Assembly: GCA_964247055.1 (NCBI GenBank)
Contig: OZ176055.1
Span: forward strand, 4,712,001-4,776,000
DNA length: 64,000 nt
Direction of reading: 5' to 3'
Source: Paragordius varius
Lineage: Eukaryota; Animalia; Nematomorpha
Shown in pieces: positions 24,280-38,205 of the stretch. Position numbers and translations under genes: made by a program. The notes beneath the pieces were generated by a model. That model saw nothing but the letters and a program-made list of their open reading frames with translations. It was not told the DNA's origin and did no database searches. How positions within the stretch are numbered: position 1 is the first letter of the stretch; each line of letters begins with the position of its first letter.

Positions 24280-26643
24280 CTTTAAACCAATATATGGACT
24301 TTTATATAAACTGTATCTGAGTAATCGTATCGAATCACTTGTTAAATTTAACCGCCGATTTTTTAGGTAACACTAAATCCCTGTTTACCCCATTGTTTAC
24401 CATTACATACATTCGCTCTGAAATTGTTTTTAATTAATTTGTCTATGGCAAATTTTTTTCTTATAAAGAATAGAAGAAAATGTACCAAATTTTACCCGTA
24501 ATTAACATATTTTATAAAATCTTTTGGCAATTATTCTAAAATTTAAGTTGTCCAATAAAATAATTGTATTATTTGGATCGTTTTCACGGATTTGAATCTT
24601 ACTATGATGCAATAACTACCAGTTGCAATCTAAATTTTTTTACATATTTTGAAATAGTATTGAACATTTATAATTATTATGCAGGAAACTGTAAAACTTA
24701 ACTGTAAAAATTACATAGATGGCGGTTTTGATAGATTATAGATTTTAGCAAATTAATTCTATGTTAATTACAAATGATTGTTTGTTTTATATTGTATAGT
24801 AACGAAATATAATACAAAATATAATATCCCTTCTCTCCCCTGGACAAAGCTTTATCATTCGGTACTGTATAATTAATTTAGTATCATTTTTTTGTCATTA
24901 ATGATAGATTGTTAGCAGTCATTTCCTTTATTTTCACCTCTCATCACCAAGGTATAAGTAAAACAAATGTCACATATATAGGTATTTTTTATATTGGTAA
25001 GTTTGTGTATATTTTTAATGTCTATTTCCCTCCTCATTTGTGTTAAAACATAAAAGGATGTTGATGACAAATATGACTCAATATAATAGGCCAGGTTGAT
25101 GAATTATTTTACTTTAAATTTTTTAAATTACCATTAAGTTATCTCTACATACCCATATACTAACCACTTACCTACAGCATAGCTTTCTGATTTTATACTT
25201 ATTCAATAGTGTATCTTTAAATTATAAGATTTGAATATATTTCATTTGATCCAATATATCTGAGCTGATTTAAGTTAGTTAATTATTTGATTTATTCAGA
25301 CAAAAAAAATTTTGTTTTTTAAGGTGGTGTTCTTTACATTGGTACCATTTGTCCTTTAGTTGGTGTTATTTGGGAGTTCAACCTTAACCTTAAGCCCAAA
25401 TACGCTAAAATTATCAAAAAAGCATTTTTTTTGTTTGTAATTTTAATTATAGGAACCATATGAATATGAAATATCTGATCTTTTTAAATTAGTCTTTTAT
25501 ATGCGAGATTTTGATAAAATCTAGTGGGCTCAAAGTTTATTAAACTTAGTTATATTTTAGCAAACTTCATTTGTTGTCTTCTAACTTTCACTCAACTAAT
25601 AGTTTTTTGACAACATATGTTTATAAAAAAATTTGTACATTTCTTTAAGCCTTTATCTTAAATTTATCTATTTTTGTTTTACAATAAAATTTAATTTTTA
25701 GCTGTTAACAAAACGAGTCAAAAACAAATATTGAATATCAATTTTTTAGCCTATTGCATTATATAAAGCTAGTAAGATTTGGCCTCCGAATTTCCGAGTT
25801 TTTATATATAAATAGAACATAAACTTATCAACATATAATTATTGTATCGGATTTTTAACAGCTTAGTTATTTATTCTAATATTTTCATTCACCTTTAAAT
25901 ATGCAGATTCTGAGTTTTCATTTATTTAATTCAATATATAATTTAATAATTTTCCTGACTAACTTGATGTCATAAATATTTTGATATAATCTCTTTTAAT
26001 TTTTGTTTATTACCCAACCAGGTATGGATTTAAAAACATTTTTTGAATTTGATTTGCGTCATTAATAATGTTAGTCTTGCTACCACAAACTACAATTTAG
26101 GGATTTCATAAATAATTAATAATTCCTTTGCCCCTAACTATAAAGCAAACAGTTTGTGTTTGTGGTTTATGTAAATGTCACGATTAAATCTGTATATTCT
26201 TTTATTAATATTATAGATGTATCTATGAAAATAAAAGTTGTGTCATGAAGAATTAAATAAATAGGAATGCGTCATAAATGTACTTTGTTTTTTTATGCTA
26301 TTTTGTCATAAATTTTTTTACGAATATAAAGTTAACCCCAAAAACTAATACCTAACATACCTTAAATTTTTATGTAGCGTTATAATATTTTTGTAGAGCA
26401 GACAACTATTTTGTCGGTATTTTTAGGCATCTCTATACACCTTAAAATTTTGAACCACTTTCTACGCCTTATGCTTTATGTTTAAATTATAATATTATAT
26501 TTATTGCCAGCCAATTTAATGTCAAAAAACTAAATTTTATCAAATAAGGCAAATAAATTTGCATAAAATTAAATTTATTTTTTTACATTAATTTTACACA
26601 ATATATACTAACTGATTTATTAAACTTTACATTTTGTCAATAG

Positions 26644-29600
26644 GCAACAGTTTCTAATGCGGAAGGTAACAGCCAATCTTTGGGACCAATAATTACACCG
26701 GCAGAAAATGGTGGTTTTAAGCCTCAAATTGTCATGCACTGTGGACATTTTAACCAATATTTAGATCGCACCGGCGTTTGGCTTTCTGACAGCAAAGTTT
26801 CTTGCCTCTCCAAAGATACCCAAATAATTGATTATTGCCGATCAGTATACATAGATATATATATTAAAACCAATTTTAATGTAATTGCGTGGAATACGCT
26901 TGTTCAAACTTGAGAGTGCTTTATTTTTTTGATTATCAAAAATAGTATGATACCAGTTAAAGAATCGAAATATACTATATTTTGAACCAGGTTTATCCTA
27001 CATTGAATATCACAAACATTATGGAGATGGGAGCAGTACGGCGAATTGATAATTGGTGTTCACCTGACCAAAATAAATGCCAGGATGTGTTTGACGTCAA
27101 ACCATATTGGTGCATTGGTATATCTTTTTAACTTATATAACAGCTCTCATCATTTTATATTAAATTTATTAATATTATTTCTCACATTAAAAATACCTTC
27201 ATTATTTGAAAGTTTTATTAAGGTCATTTATTAAGCATCATTTACGTTAAAATTTGCATTTTATTATAAAAGTGTTTTTCATCAATCATATTAAACCTTA
27301 GAAGCAAAATAATTTAATTTTTTGATGCATTTTGATTGTCAAGTAATTAAATTTAATTATATTAATTTGTAATAGACGGATCTCATTTTCAGAGCGAAGC
27401 TTTGTTAGTACCAGATGGATGTGCCTTCGACCACATCCACGCTCCTTTGTGTCAAACGCAGGAATATTGGTACATTAAGGCTGGTCAGGCCTGTGATATT
27501 AAAATGGTATCTTCTAATCCCACCACACTAGTCGGCGGTGATATAAATACCAATGATATTCATTCAACGGTTGTGAATGATGTCAAAGCCTATGACATTC
27601 CCAACAGCCCATATCTCCATTCATATTCCATGCTTTTGCCTTGTAACATTGGAAAATTTGCTGGAATCGAATTCGTTTGTTGTAACACAAAGAATATGCA
27701 GTCATCAATCGTATCTGTCAATAAGGAACCGCCAGTAAAAACCTCTTTAGCCAACAATTTTGTGAACCGACTTTTCATCGTGGATAACGATGGGGAAAAT
27801 TCCAAGTTGAATCAACTTTCAATGCTGGATAACATTAATCAAACGAAAGAACCAAGTTTAACTGCTGGATTAGGCGCAGGACATAAAGGTCTTTTTGCAT
27901 ATTTTTATGTTGTCAATAAAATTAAATTTGAATCAAATAAATTCTAATTACAGTGGTATTTGCATCACAAAACACCGGGCCCCAATCAATTGATCCTTCC
28001 CCTCTGATTGATAATCAAGCCAAAGTTGTTACAACACCCACTATTACAGGTATAATAGTTTAAATTTTATCTAATTAGTTTTATTTACAACAATTTTAGC
28101 AATAAAACAATAAATTTGCATTTTTAAGGAGTGTAATATTTTCTGCTTTTTGTGCTTTAATACAAAATTTTATGTTTTGGAGATGAAAAGCTGGCAATAA
28201 AATTTAGCGTGACCAGGTAAAGTGTATATGATATGTATTTTAAATTTCCTTGAAGCTTTATGGTTTTTATTGATCATCCATTGCTCCTCTGTTGTGGCAA
28301 ATATGGGAGGAAGTTCATTTACCTTTTATTATCCAAATTTTATATTATTATTAAATATTTGCGGAGAATTTATTGATTTTTAGCTTTAAAATCCTATGTG
28401 CTCTTGGTAGGCTTATATATTTCCTTTTTAAGATTGTCTCTGAGCAATTCGAAATGATATATGATATGATAAGGTATGTATGGTCACAATAAACTTGTAA
28501 AGCATATCGATTTTTAAAGTATTTTTTAATACTTGTTTGGTATATAATCTTTCATGAATATGCACTAAATGTTCCTATGCGTCGAAATTGTATGAATTAT
28601 ATTCCATGTTAAATAAGATATTTTACAATATATTAATTACCACCAGGATCGTCCCAAAATTAGTTAAATATACCAAAATAATTAAATCAAAATATATTTA
28701 CAATTATATTGACTCATCGCATATTGAATAATTTAGCTTTTAATTCAGTTAAGGTTGACATCTAACCCATATAACTTTGATGTAAACAATATAATATAGA
28801 TATGCTTTAATATATTATGTTACCTCATAAAGTTTTTTACCAGAGAATTTTTTTTTATAAAATATTTTTGTGACAATTTTTGTACGAATGCAGACCCAGC
28901 TGTTTTGGCAAAAAATATTGCAATGAAAGAAGCAGCCCCAAGTGTAACGTTGGCTACCGAAAATAGCCTTAAAGCAAACATTACCAAACTTCAATTATCA
29001 GAAGAAACTTCATTAATGAACAAAAATGATTCGATACAGAGTGCCGATAGTCGCATTAAAGCTTATTATGAAACCTTCGATAAAGCTCATGAACATGATA
29101 GGTATTTATAATAATTTGTCATTTTTATGAAACATGCTATCGATATTTGTAGGCTAGGCTAGTGATTCTCTCTAGCAAAAATGAGGGGATGTTAACATTT
29201 TTTTAAAATGAGAGGAAACGATTATTGTATTTGACACAAAATGTAAAAAAGATAGTCAAACTCAAGTGTAAATGCCAACCATTTTGTTAACCTGATATAA
29301 AAAGGAATTTAAGGCTTTTACCTTAAGGTTAATATTTTATTCATATTTCATGATATGTAAATTTTTTCAGATATGCCGATGCAAAGGCATCCATGAAAGA
29401 AAAACGCAGAAACACTATACTCAATCTAATGAAGGAATGGACGCTCTCCGAGAAAAGGTTTCATGACATTGCCGCAAAAGATCCCTATTTAGCACAGAAT
29501 TATAAACGAGACATTACAAAAGTAACTAATAATCCTTTAAAATCAATATTATCAATTTGTATTAAGCTTTTCTGATAATTTCGAATTTTTCTATCAATAT

Positions 29601-32600
29601 TTTATCCATTTTTAGAGTTTTCAAAAAACGATAGAAGCGCTTGAAGCCGAGGAAAATGCTCAGAAAAAACAGTTGACAGCTATTCATGAACAGAGAGTGA
29701 CTTCGCTTTTAAATGCTCGCAAGCGGACATATATGTTTGAGTTTTTGAAAGAGCTAGAACAAAGCCACCCTACTGTAAGATATTAACATATTTATCATAT
29801 CCTTAAAACTTTTTTTAATCTATTAATTTAAACCATTTATGATTAATTACATAAAGAGAGGTTTGTTAACAAAAAATTATTGTTTTGATAAAGCAAGATC
29901 TTTTTTTAGTTTAAATTTATATTTAGTTGATGGTAAGTTTTGTATAAATGTTCTTGGACAAAAACTATTTGCTTTGTCCTGGTTTTGCAGAACATCCAAA
30001 TAGTCGCTTTTATTATTATTATTATTCTGTGTTAAAAATATTATAAAAACTGGTATTTTATGAGGGAACCACCAGCTTTTTAACAAAATATGCACTATGA
30101 TTTGGAGCGTTAAAAAGGAGACTTCTTTACAAACTTTTGAACCATGAAATAAAATTTATATAAATCATATATGTCATAATAGCCAGCTTTCAAATTTTGT
30201 ATTAAAAAGGTACAATACTATTGTATAAAATTTTAATCTTAGTTATCAAACCATAATTTGTTAATATTTTCGCCTAAATAAATTTTTTTAAAATATAATA
30301 GCTATTTGAGCGATGATATAAATTGATTAAATTTTTAATAGCTTAAGTCTAAATTATTGTATTTTTAATTATCGCTTTGTTTAATTAGAGTAGGATTAAT
30401 AAATGATTATCACGAAAAAACAAATGAATAACAAAAAGAAAAAATGATAGGTTACATTTTTTAAATGCAAAACCCGCCTTACACTTTTATGCTGAAAACT
30501 AGTTTTTTATCCAGAAATAGATTTCTCTCCCAACTATATTATTTAAACATCCATGTATACATGTGTTTTAAAATTTTAACTTTAGGATTTCCTTTTCAAA
30601 ATATTGTTTCCATATCATTACATTAAATGTTAACATTTTAGCCAGAAACATTGAAACAAAATTTGGAGGAATTGTTGAGGGCCGAAGAACGAGATAAAAT
30701 GCACGTAGTTCATTATTACGAACATTTGTTGAATTCAGATCCGGCATTAGCTAAGCGGGTTAGAGGCGTTGTCATCAAACATATTCAAGATGTTGAAAGG
30801 CGCATGAACAGAAGTTTGTCTATGTTAAAACACCGCATCTCTCCCCAACAATTTGAAATGATTTCCCCTCATATTGGTATAAAATTTGTTTCCTCTTTTT
30901 TTCCTGAAAAAATGGATATTATATTTAAATATTTATATCGGTTTTTCTTTCTTAAAGAATCATTCTTGGCAACCATTAAAACAAGAAACGGTGATTTTCC
31001 AGAATTGATCCAATCAATAATACAAGAGGATAAAGATCTTACTGATATTGAATCTGTTATTAAGAGTAGTCAACAAAAAAGTTTGGATTTATTATTTTAT
31101 ATACATATTTGGAATCCATTTTATAATTCTAATAAATTATATTTATAGTAAAAAATGGATCAGTCAAGAACTACGAATCCATCATTTTATCAACAAAGAA
31201 TCCAAAACAAACAACTGAAGGTATATATATAATATTTATTCAATTAATTTTATAATTCGAGTTTAAAAATGTATTAAAACCGTAAATTTATATAATAAAC
31301 AATTAAATAATGGGAGAATTATTTTTTAGTTTATTTCTATAATTCAATCCAAACGACTTTTTTTCTATTATTTAACAATAAACTTAATAAATGTAATTAT
31401 ATAATGTATCCTTGACACTTAAATATTAAAACCAACTATTTTTAATGTTGATTGGATTATTAATTTTAAAAATAATTGTTGCATTATCAGCCATTTTTCA
31501 GAATAATACAATCGATGTAATTTTAAAAACTTGAACTTTATTTTTAATCTTTTATTCCAAATCGCCTGTATTAAAATTGTGCCAAATAAAATTGAATGTA
31601 TTACCATTTATATCTCGATTTCCTAATTTTAAACCCAAAAGATAATATAAAAATTAATTACAAAATGATATCTATACAAAAAATCCTAGTCTCGTATTTT
31701 TTATGTTTTGTCTTGTTTAGAATTTTATTGTAATAATGCATTGTAGAGAGCGATGATGATGATGATACCGATGACCTAGATGATGATTTAGACGATTTGA
31801 ATGACAATGAACAAGCAGACGACGATATAGATTATGATAATGGCGGCGCCCAAAAGCACCAAAATATTTCTGCATCCATATTACCAAAAACCAATTTTAC
31901 AGTTTTGAATAAAAACCAACTCAATAATAAGAATAAGACTACTTTTGAGCAATTCCTATCGTCCCGAACGAATAATATGGGTAAACAACAGAAAATGGAT
32001 AAGTTATTGTCACAGGCCAATGATATCCTTCCTTATAATCAAGAAAAGAGTGTCTTCAATAATCCTCCATATTATCACGGGGTAAATCATTGTTATTAGA
32101 TGCTTTATAAAGGAGCAACTATTTTTTATTCTAAGGAGTAAAAGCCTTCAATCTATGTTGTTACCAAGTTTTTTTTATAGAGTTACATGTTTTATGCATC
32201 CAGCACTATTGTAAAATGATTTTTCTTATAAATATTTTTTTCCCGAGAATAAAGGTTTAGGCTTTTTGCTTAGCACATTCAAAGAAAAACTATATGTTTG
32301 AAAATTGTGAGTTTACCTACGGGGCATATTTTTAACACAACTTATCCAAGAGCATTTAATAAACATCCTATAAAAATTAAAAATTAGTTTCATGTATCTC
32401 ACTTATTGGAAGTCAAATACTATAAGATAGCATGTAAATTGTGTAGATTTTTGATCGGTCCAAAAATAAAACCCGATCCGACCACTTGTGAATGAGGTCA
32501 TTCATGATAATTAGGCATCATTTTACAATTACAAAATATATGCAAACACAAAATAAAGTTCACACAAATTTTTATTATTTAAATCAATATATTATTATGA

Positions 32601-34904
32601 AAAATTTGTGATAAAATTCTAAATATCACATTTTAGTTTTATTGCAATTTATATATTTGATAATCGCAATCACCTTATCAATTTATACTAAATGTCTTTG
32701 AGGAATATTCTTTTAAGCGATTACAGTCATGTTTATGAATGCATTCGTAACCAGCCTTATCCATTTACTGGTGTATTCATATACTACTAACTTTTCATAA
32801 TCATCCTCGAACAATTTAAACAAATTTACCCTAAAAATAATTTATATTTAATTCAACATCTATTGAAATATTTCTTTATGACCTTTTGTGTATTTGATTT
32901 TTAACGAAATTTATTTTTTAAAAATAAAAAATTTTAGGTAATTTTTGATATGCAATAAATATAATTTCTTTTAGCGTAAATTTGAGGTATATATTTTCGA
33001 TATCTCAATCATATGATAACAAAATTTTGCGTTGTTTTGTTTAAGACCCCACAAGAAGTTATTGAACGGCACGATAAGGATAAGCACGCTGGCAAATCAG
33101 GATTCCTCATCATGGCTACCGCGTTTATCGTTGTAGCAGTCGTTTCAATCATCGGGTTTGTGGGATATCACGTTTACGCCAAGCGGAATGGAATTAGACG
33201 CGGCGGTAAAAATATGCCAGATGTGCGACACACACCCCTACCCACCAAAGAACAACAAATCTATAATGCGACTGGAATGAACGATGATGGTATATATATG
33301 TTTCTGTTTGCTTAAGGCACTTGTACAAGTTTTTGGATATTTTTTTGTACTTACTTTAATACTGTCTAAATTACAATTATTTTAGATTAAAATATTATGC
33401 AAATAAAATTTTGGTGAAACCTCTTAAATAAAAAATTTGGGGTGATAGAAATCTTTATCGCCATATAATTATGGAGAAAAAGTGTTTTCATGATCCTATA
33501 TGAATTGTTATAAAAATTATATGCTCCAAAATACCGAGATGTATCCTAGTTTTAATTTTATTTTAAAGTCTATTTATTGATTTTTATTGGATAATTCTAT
33601 GGTATCATTTTTTATGGAATGGCTATAACCATTGTATCCGTATAGACATTGCCAAAATGTTGGTTCAGGCGTTAACATCAATGTTTGCAACTTTTAAGTC
33701 ATTATTTATTGTTTTTCCCAGCTTATAGTTGTTCTACCCCTATGTTGTCCACAAGATATAGGATAATTTTGTTAATCCCATGCTCAAGAGCACGTTAGAT
33801 ATCTTTAAAATATCTAACTCTATTTCTTGCATTATTAACGGTTTAATTGGGTAGAATTAGTGTAAGTTTGAATTCAAACCATCGGGGTCGAATACTTTTA
33901 ACATTCGCTTTGCCATATCCATCAGTTTTTTTTTCAATCTCTTATATGCAATTTTTCGTTGGAAAGAGTCGCATAGGACGTATGCCTGCTTTGTAGATCA
34001 GTTTGTTTTTAGTGTTATTGGTTTTTTGAGTGATATATTGAGCTGTTGGAACCTATAATATACTGTCTGGTTTATTCCACCTTTGGAATATGTGACATCG
34101 CCCAAGTATCTAAAATAACCTCTTGACGTTTGACATAAAAGGCAATTCAGAAAAGTCGGTAAGTTATTTTTAACCTTATTTTTGCAAGATCATACAAATT
34201 TATCTTGATTGATTAATCTCCCTTATATTAACGAGCTCTTTTGCACCTACTTATTGTAAAATGTCCCGAGTATTGATTTAGGTTTTAAATCTAAATCACG
34301 CAATTTACATGAAAACTTAGATCTTTATATACAGTTTCATTCGTTATCAGCACCTTTGACTTGCTTATGTTCATCTTTATTCCATCCATTTCTGAGTGTG
34401 ATATTCGTGTGTTATACTTTTGATTTAATTCATCCATTGACATTGCGGTGATGACGGTGTCTGCATACATAAGCTTCCCTGGTTGGCCTTGTTTATATCT
34501 TTTGTTAAATCAATTATTAATGAGAAAAATAAAGGGCTTCCTTGATGAAGCTCTGACTTATTTGTAACAAAAGCTATGTTGCCTAGTGTTAATCACGCAG
34601 TTTGTTGTAGTACATCATTTCTATTGATTTAATTATCCATTCATCCACGTTGTATCGTAGTGTGGATTCAATTAAAAACACAATATAATCTAATGTCAAC
34701 CAATCGCATCCCAAATTTGTCAAAAATACCATACGACCCATTTATAAAAAGGGACACATAATTGCACATCCAGTTGTTGCAGCATCCATTAAAAAATTTT
34801 GATTAATCAGTAGTATAAAAGTATTCCAGTATGCATATTAACCGAACAAAGCGTGATGTATGCTATTTTATTCTAAGAAGATTGAAGGAAAATATTTATT
34901 TAAA

Positions 34905-34945
<41 letters not shown>

Positions 34946-37303
34946 CTTCTGATTGTATACCCATAACATCCACACTACGATACAACAATATGGATGAATG
35001 GATAATCAAAGCAATCTTGCATATATATACCATTTACAACTCAAAATCACCCTAAAAAATAAATGATGTGTTTCGGGCTAATAAAATCCATTATGAAATA
35101 TATCTTTATGGCATAGCTTATTATTTTTTCAGTAATATTTTAAATTTTTTTAAAATATAGGTAATTTTCTTATTTTAGGGTGAATTTGATTTGTTTAAGG
35201 GTGAATATGATGTATTTATAGTATATTAAAATTATTTTGCCAAAACCTGGCTTTCTCTGCGTCTACTGTAAGTACCTAACCCTATCAAAACGAGTCCAAA
35301 AATGCGTTTTTGGAGTTCAATGTAAATATTAAATGTTTAGCTAGCTGCTTTTTAAATATATTTTATGATATATTTAACAAAATATTTTGAAGCATTTAGT
35401 CAGGGGTGTCCATAATATTTGCTTTGCGGGCCGCAATCTAATGGACATAAACAAATATTTTATAAACATGTGTAAAAATTACTAGTTATATTAACAATTT
35501 TTGCTAATTTATTGCCAAAATTCGGAAAGATTAATTTAAAAAATTTGTATAAGAAAATTAATTCTTAGATTTTTTAAATTTTGTTTTTGAAATTTCTCGC
35601 CGACTGTCGAAATATTTTGAAGCGCCTCCCTCATGCGACCCTTGGGCCGTTTGTTGGATATCTGTGATATAGATAATAACAAAAAATATGTTACAGCATT
35701 AAATGACACCTAAGCCTCAAAACTATATTACCATAATATATATTTTATCAGGATATTTTTTTGCCTGTAATGATTTTTGTTAAAAAGTCTGTATTTATGA
35801 TGCTGATGAAATATAGCTTACGATGTTTATCACAATAAGCGTTTGTTTTTGAATATAAAATGCATAAATTACTTCATCGATTACGTTAATTTTCGTGCAA
35901 TAATTATAGTTAACTAAATCCGCATATATGAAATATATACAAACCGACCAAAGGTATGATGGCGATATCTATAATAATAAACTTATCACATTATTTTGAT
36001 GGGAGCGGCAAAAAAGTAGAAAAACCGCCACAATAAAAATAGTACATATATTGCAATCGAGGACCCAATATGTCTGTCTGCATTAAATGCTTATAAGTTT
36101 TATATTAATATAGGATTCATATTAAAAATGATATATTTATATTCGAGTTATATTAAGGCGTTGTTTCAATTATTTTTTAACGGTTTTCGAAACTCGACGA
36201 ATATAATTTTTTAAATTAGGCGTAGAAATCTTGAGTGGGCCAAATTGTGAAGGGAATTCTCTCCGATCGCCCTATAGAAAAACTTGTGGGCGTGTAGCAA
36301 ATGCTTATTTGACGCGAAATTCGATATTCCGGAAAAATCTTGCTGCTTATTATGCAAAAGCCAGTGTTTCTGCTTCAGCCAAGAATTTCAAAAAACCTCA
36401 AATAGATAAAGTAATTAGTTATTGTTAAATATATTCAATTATTTATTAAATTTTAGTTGTAATAAAATCTTTTAAATAAGACCTAAACTAATCCCTATTA
36501 ATGATTGAATTTTCCAAGTTTTTTACAATAATACTACTTTTTTAATAAAAATTAAAACAGATGTAATAATATAATTGCTAATTTAATTAAAAATAAATAG
36601 TGTTGAAAATTATTTGGAAATTTGGTTTTTGAAAATGGCAAATTAAAACAGACATTTTGACGTGTTAAAAGTGTATCGTTAAATTATTATAAATAAAATT
36701 GAAAAATATTTAAGCTTTATTATTGTTTTTTTATTTATATATATTAATTTAAATTAAGATCAACAGAAAATGTTTTAGTTATAAAATTTAATATTGGTTG
36801 AATATTAGAAAATCTAATAATGCTTTTTCGTAAAACGATTCGAATCATACCAACCAAAATATATTAAAATTTTTGAATCATAAAAATGAAAACAATTGTT
36901 AAAAGTTATTATTAATCGTTCACGCGGAATGGGAAAGAATATGTTGACAATGACCATAAAATAAAATGCACACATTGCTTGTTATCAATTTTGCGACCTT
37001 TTTTTAAAAAAAATTAACAGAAAATTGTATTTTTATGAATAAAATATAAAAAATCGATCGTGTTAATAAATGGATTTTTTTTAAATTTTATAGATTGTTT
37101 GGGGTTTTCCCGGCACATGTAATAAATTTTTTATAAATAATGAAATTTTTATAATTAAAATTATAGAATTTTCTTCCCAAAAATTATAAATAATGGACAT
37201 TAAAATATATATATATATATATATCACGTTAAAATAACCCCGGTCATAATAGCTGAAATCAGTCATTTAAACCATTAAAGTTTTAGCACCTAATCCATTT
37301 GGA

Positions 37304-37343
<40 letters not shown>

Positions 37344-37733
37344 TTTTTTATATCTGGGTATATTTTTAACGTTAGAAATATTAGTTATATTAAAAATAAT
37401 TATATACGATTTAATCCATGTATTTTGATTTGTTCCATTTATTTCGCTTTTATTATAAACCTATTTTTAATTAATTGATGGTTGCTTCATTTATAAAAAC
37501 CTTTATTTTTGCATTTAGCAAATGTATTGACTGCTCGTATTTATAAGACAAGAATATAATTCTTAATTGCTTTCCGTATTTATAAATGTTTTTAGGAATG
37601 TAATGTAAGTATGTGTCCCAATCTGGACGAAAGATCCCTCGAGGAAAAACATTTGTCATCAATGCAGGTGAATGGATACGAGAATCCAACTTACCGTTAT
37701 TTTGAGAAAATGGTTCAAAATCAAAAAGAATAA
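26644..37733 (+). CDS. APP: Amyloid-beta precursor-like protein (E1 GFLD+CuBD, E2, TM, intracellular YENPTY), at least 14 exons, 930 aa plus an unresolved N-terminal exon
   Basis: Exons: 26644-26844, 26991-27117, 27376-27888, 27954-28049, 28894-29101, 29371-29521, 29616-29774, 30642-30876, 30958-31080, 31149-31220, 31747-32081, 33046-33289, 36220-36410, 37596-37733. GT-AG and phase-consistent, 2793 nt. Motifs: PQIVMHCG, VYPTLNITNI..DNWC, SEALLVPDGC, MLLPC..KFAGIEFVCC, E2 helices (HEQRVTSLLNARKR, RAEERDKMH), TM FLIMATAFIVVAVVSIIGFVG, LEEKHLSSMQVNGYENPTYRYFE. Single invertebrate-type APP/APPL homologue with no KPI domain. Confidence 0.93.
33650..34130 (-). mobile_element. RTE LINE fragment in an APP intron
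   Basis: Minus strand FRYLGDVTYSKGGINQTVYYR ... KNKLIYKAGIRPM. Degraded. Confidence 0.65.
34632..35006. repeat. Inverted-repeat element (arms about 36 bp) enclosing a (TA)n tract
   Basis: attatccattcatccacgttgtatcgtagtgtggat versus atccacactacgatacaacaatatggatgaatggataat. Confidence 0.7.
35028..35210. mobile_element. Short decayed copy of the TACCATTTAC MITE
   Basis: Left taccatttacaactcaaaatcaccc, right gggtgaatttgatttgtttaagggtgaatatga. Fewer 20-bp units than the other copies. Confidence 0.6.
35401..35666. mobile_element. hAT Charlie-like MITE
   Basis: caggggtgtcca...gcgggccgc ... gggccgtttgttggatatctgtg. TSD not resolvable. Confidence 0.6.
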
Positions 37734-38205
37734 ATTAACCTATTACAAAAACAATATTATCACCTTCATTTTTTTATCTTATATATTGCACTAAGCTTTT
37801 TAATTATTACGTAACGCCATTGTTTTAATTATCCCTTCAAATAATATGTTTTTTTGTGGATATTAATTGAATATGATGTTTAAACCAAAAAATACTATTT
37901 TTTCATTTTTATACAAAAACGAATAATGGATCAAAAATGAGGTTTGTTAAACAATATTTATTCATTACACATTGCATTATTTATGAATCTCTCTTAGGCT
38001 CTTATTTCAATATATGTATTTTGATGTATTTTTGTCTGTTCATTTATATAGATAACACAATTTTTAAACGCATTTTATAAATTTTACATTCCCTTGCAAA
38101 ATAATAAATATTCATTTTGCCAAATTCTTAAATTACAAATATTACATTATGTTTAAAAAATAAATCTTTTTTTCGCCTTTTACTTTCCAATTACTCTTTT
38201 TAGAT

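Noticed and set aside
27504-27604. GT...AG pair inside the APP CuBD insertion as a hidden intron
   Set aside because: It is 101 nt, so removal shifts the frame and destroys the downstream MLLPC/EFVCC motifs.
27590-27805. 71-aa minus ORF (also 31832-32020, 61958-62215, 62128-62310)
   Set aside because: Antisense shadows of APP or ETFDH exons.
37471-37689. 72-aa minus-strand ORF
   Set aside because: Antisense to the APP terminal exon that encodes YENPTY.
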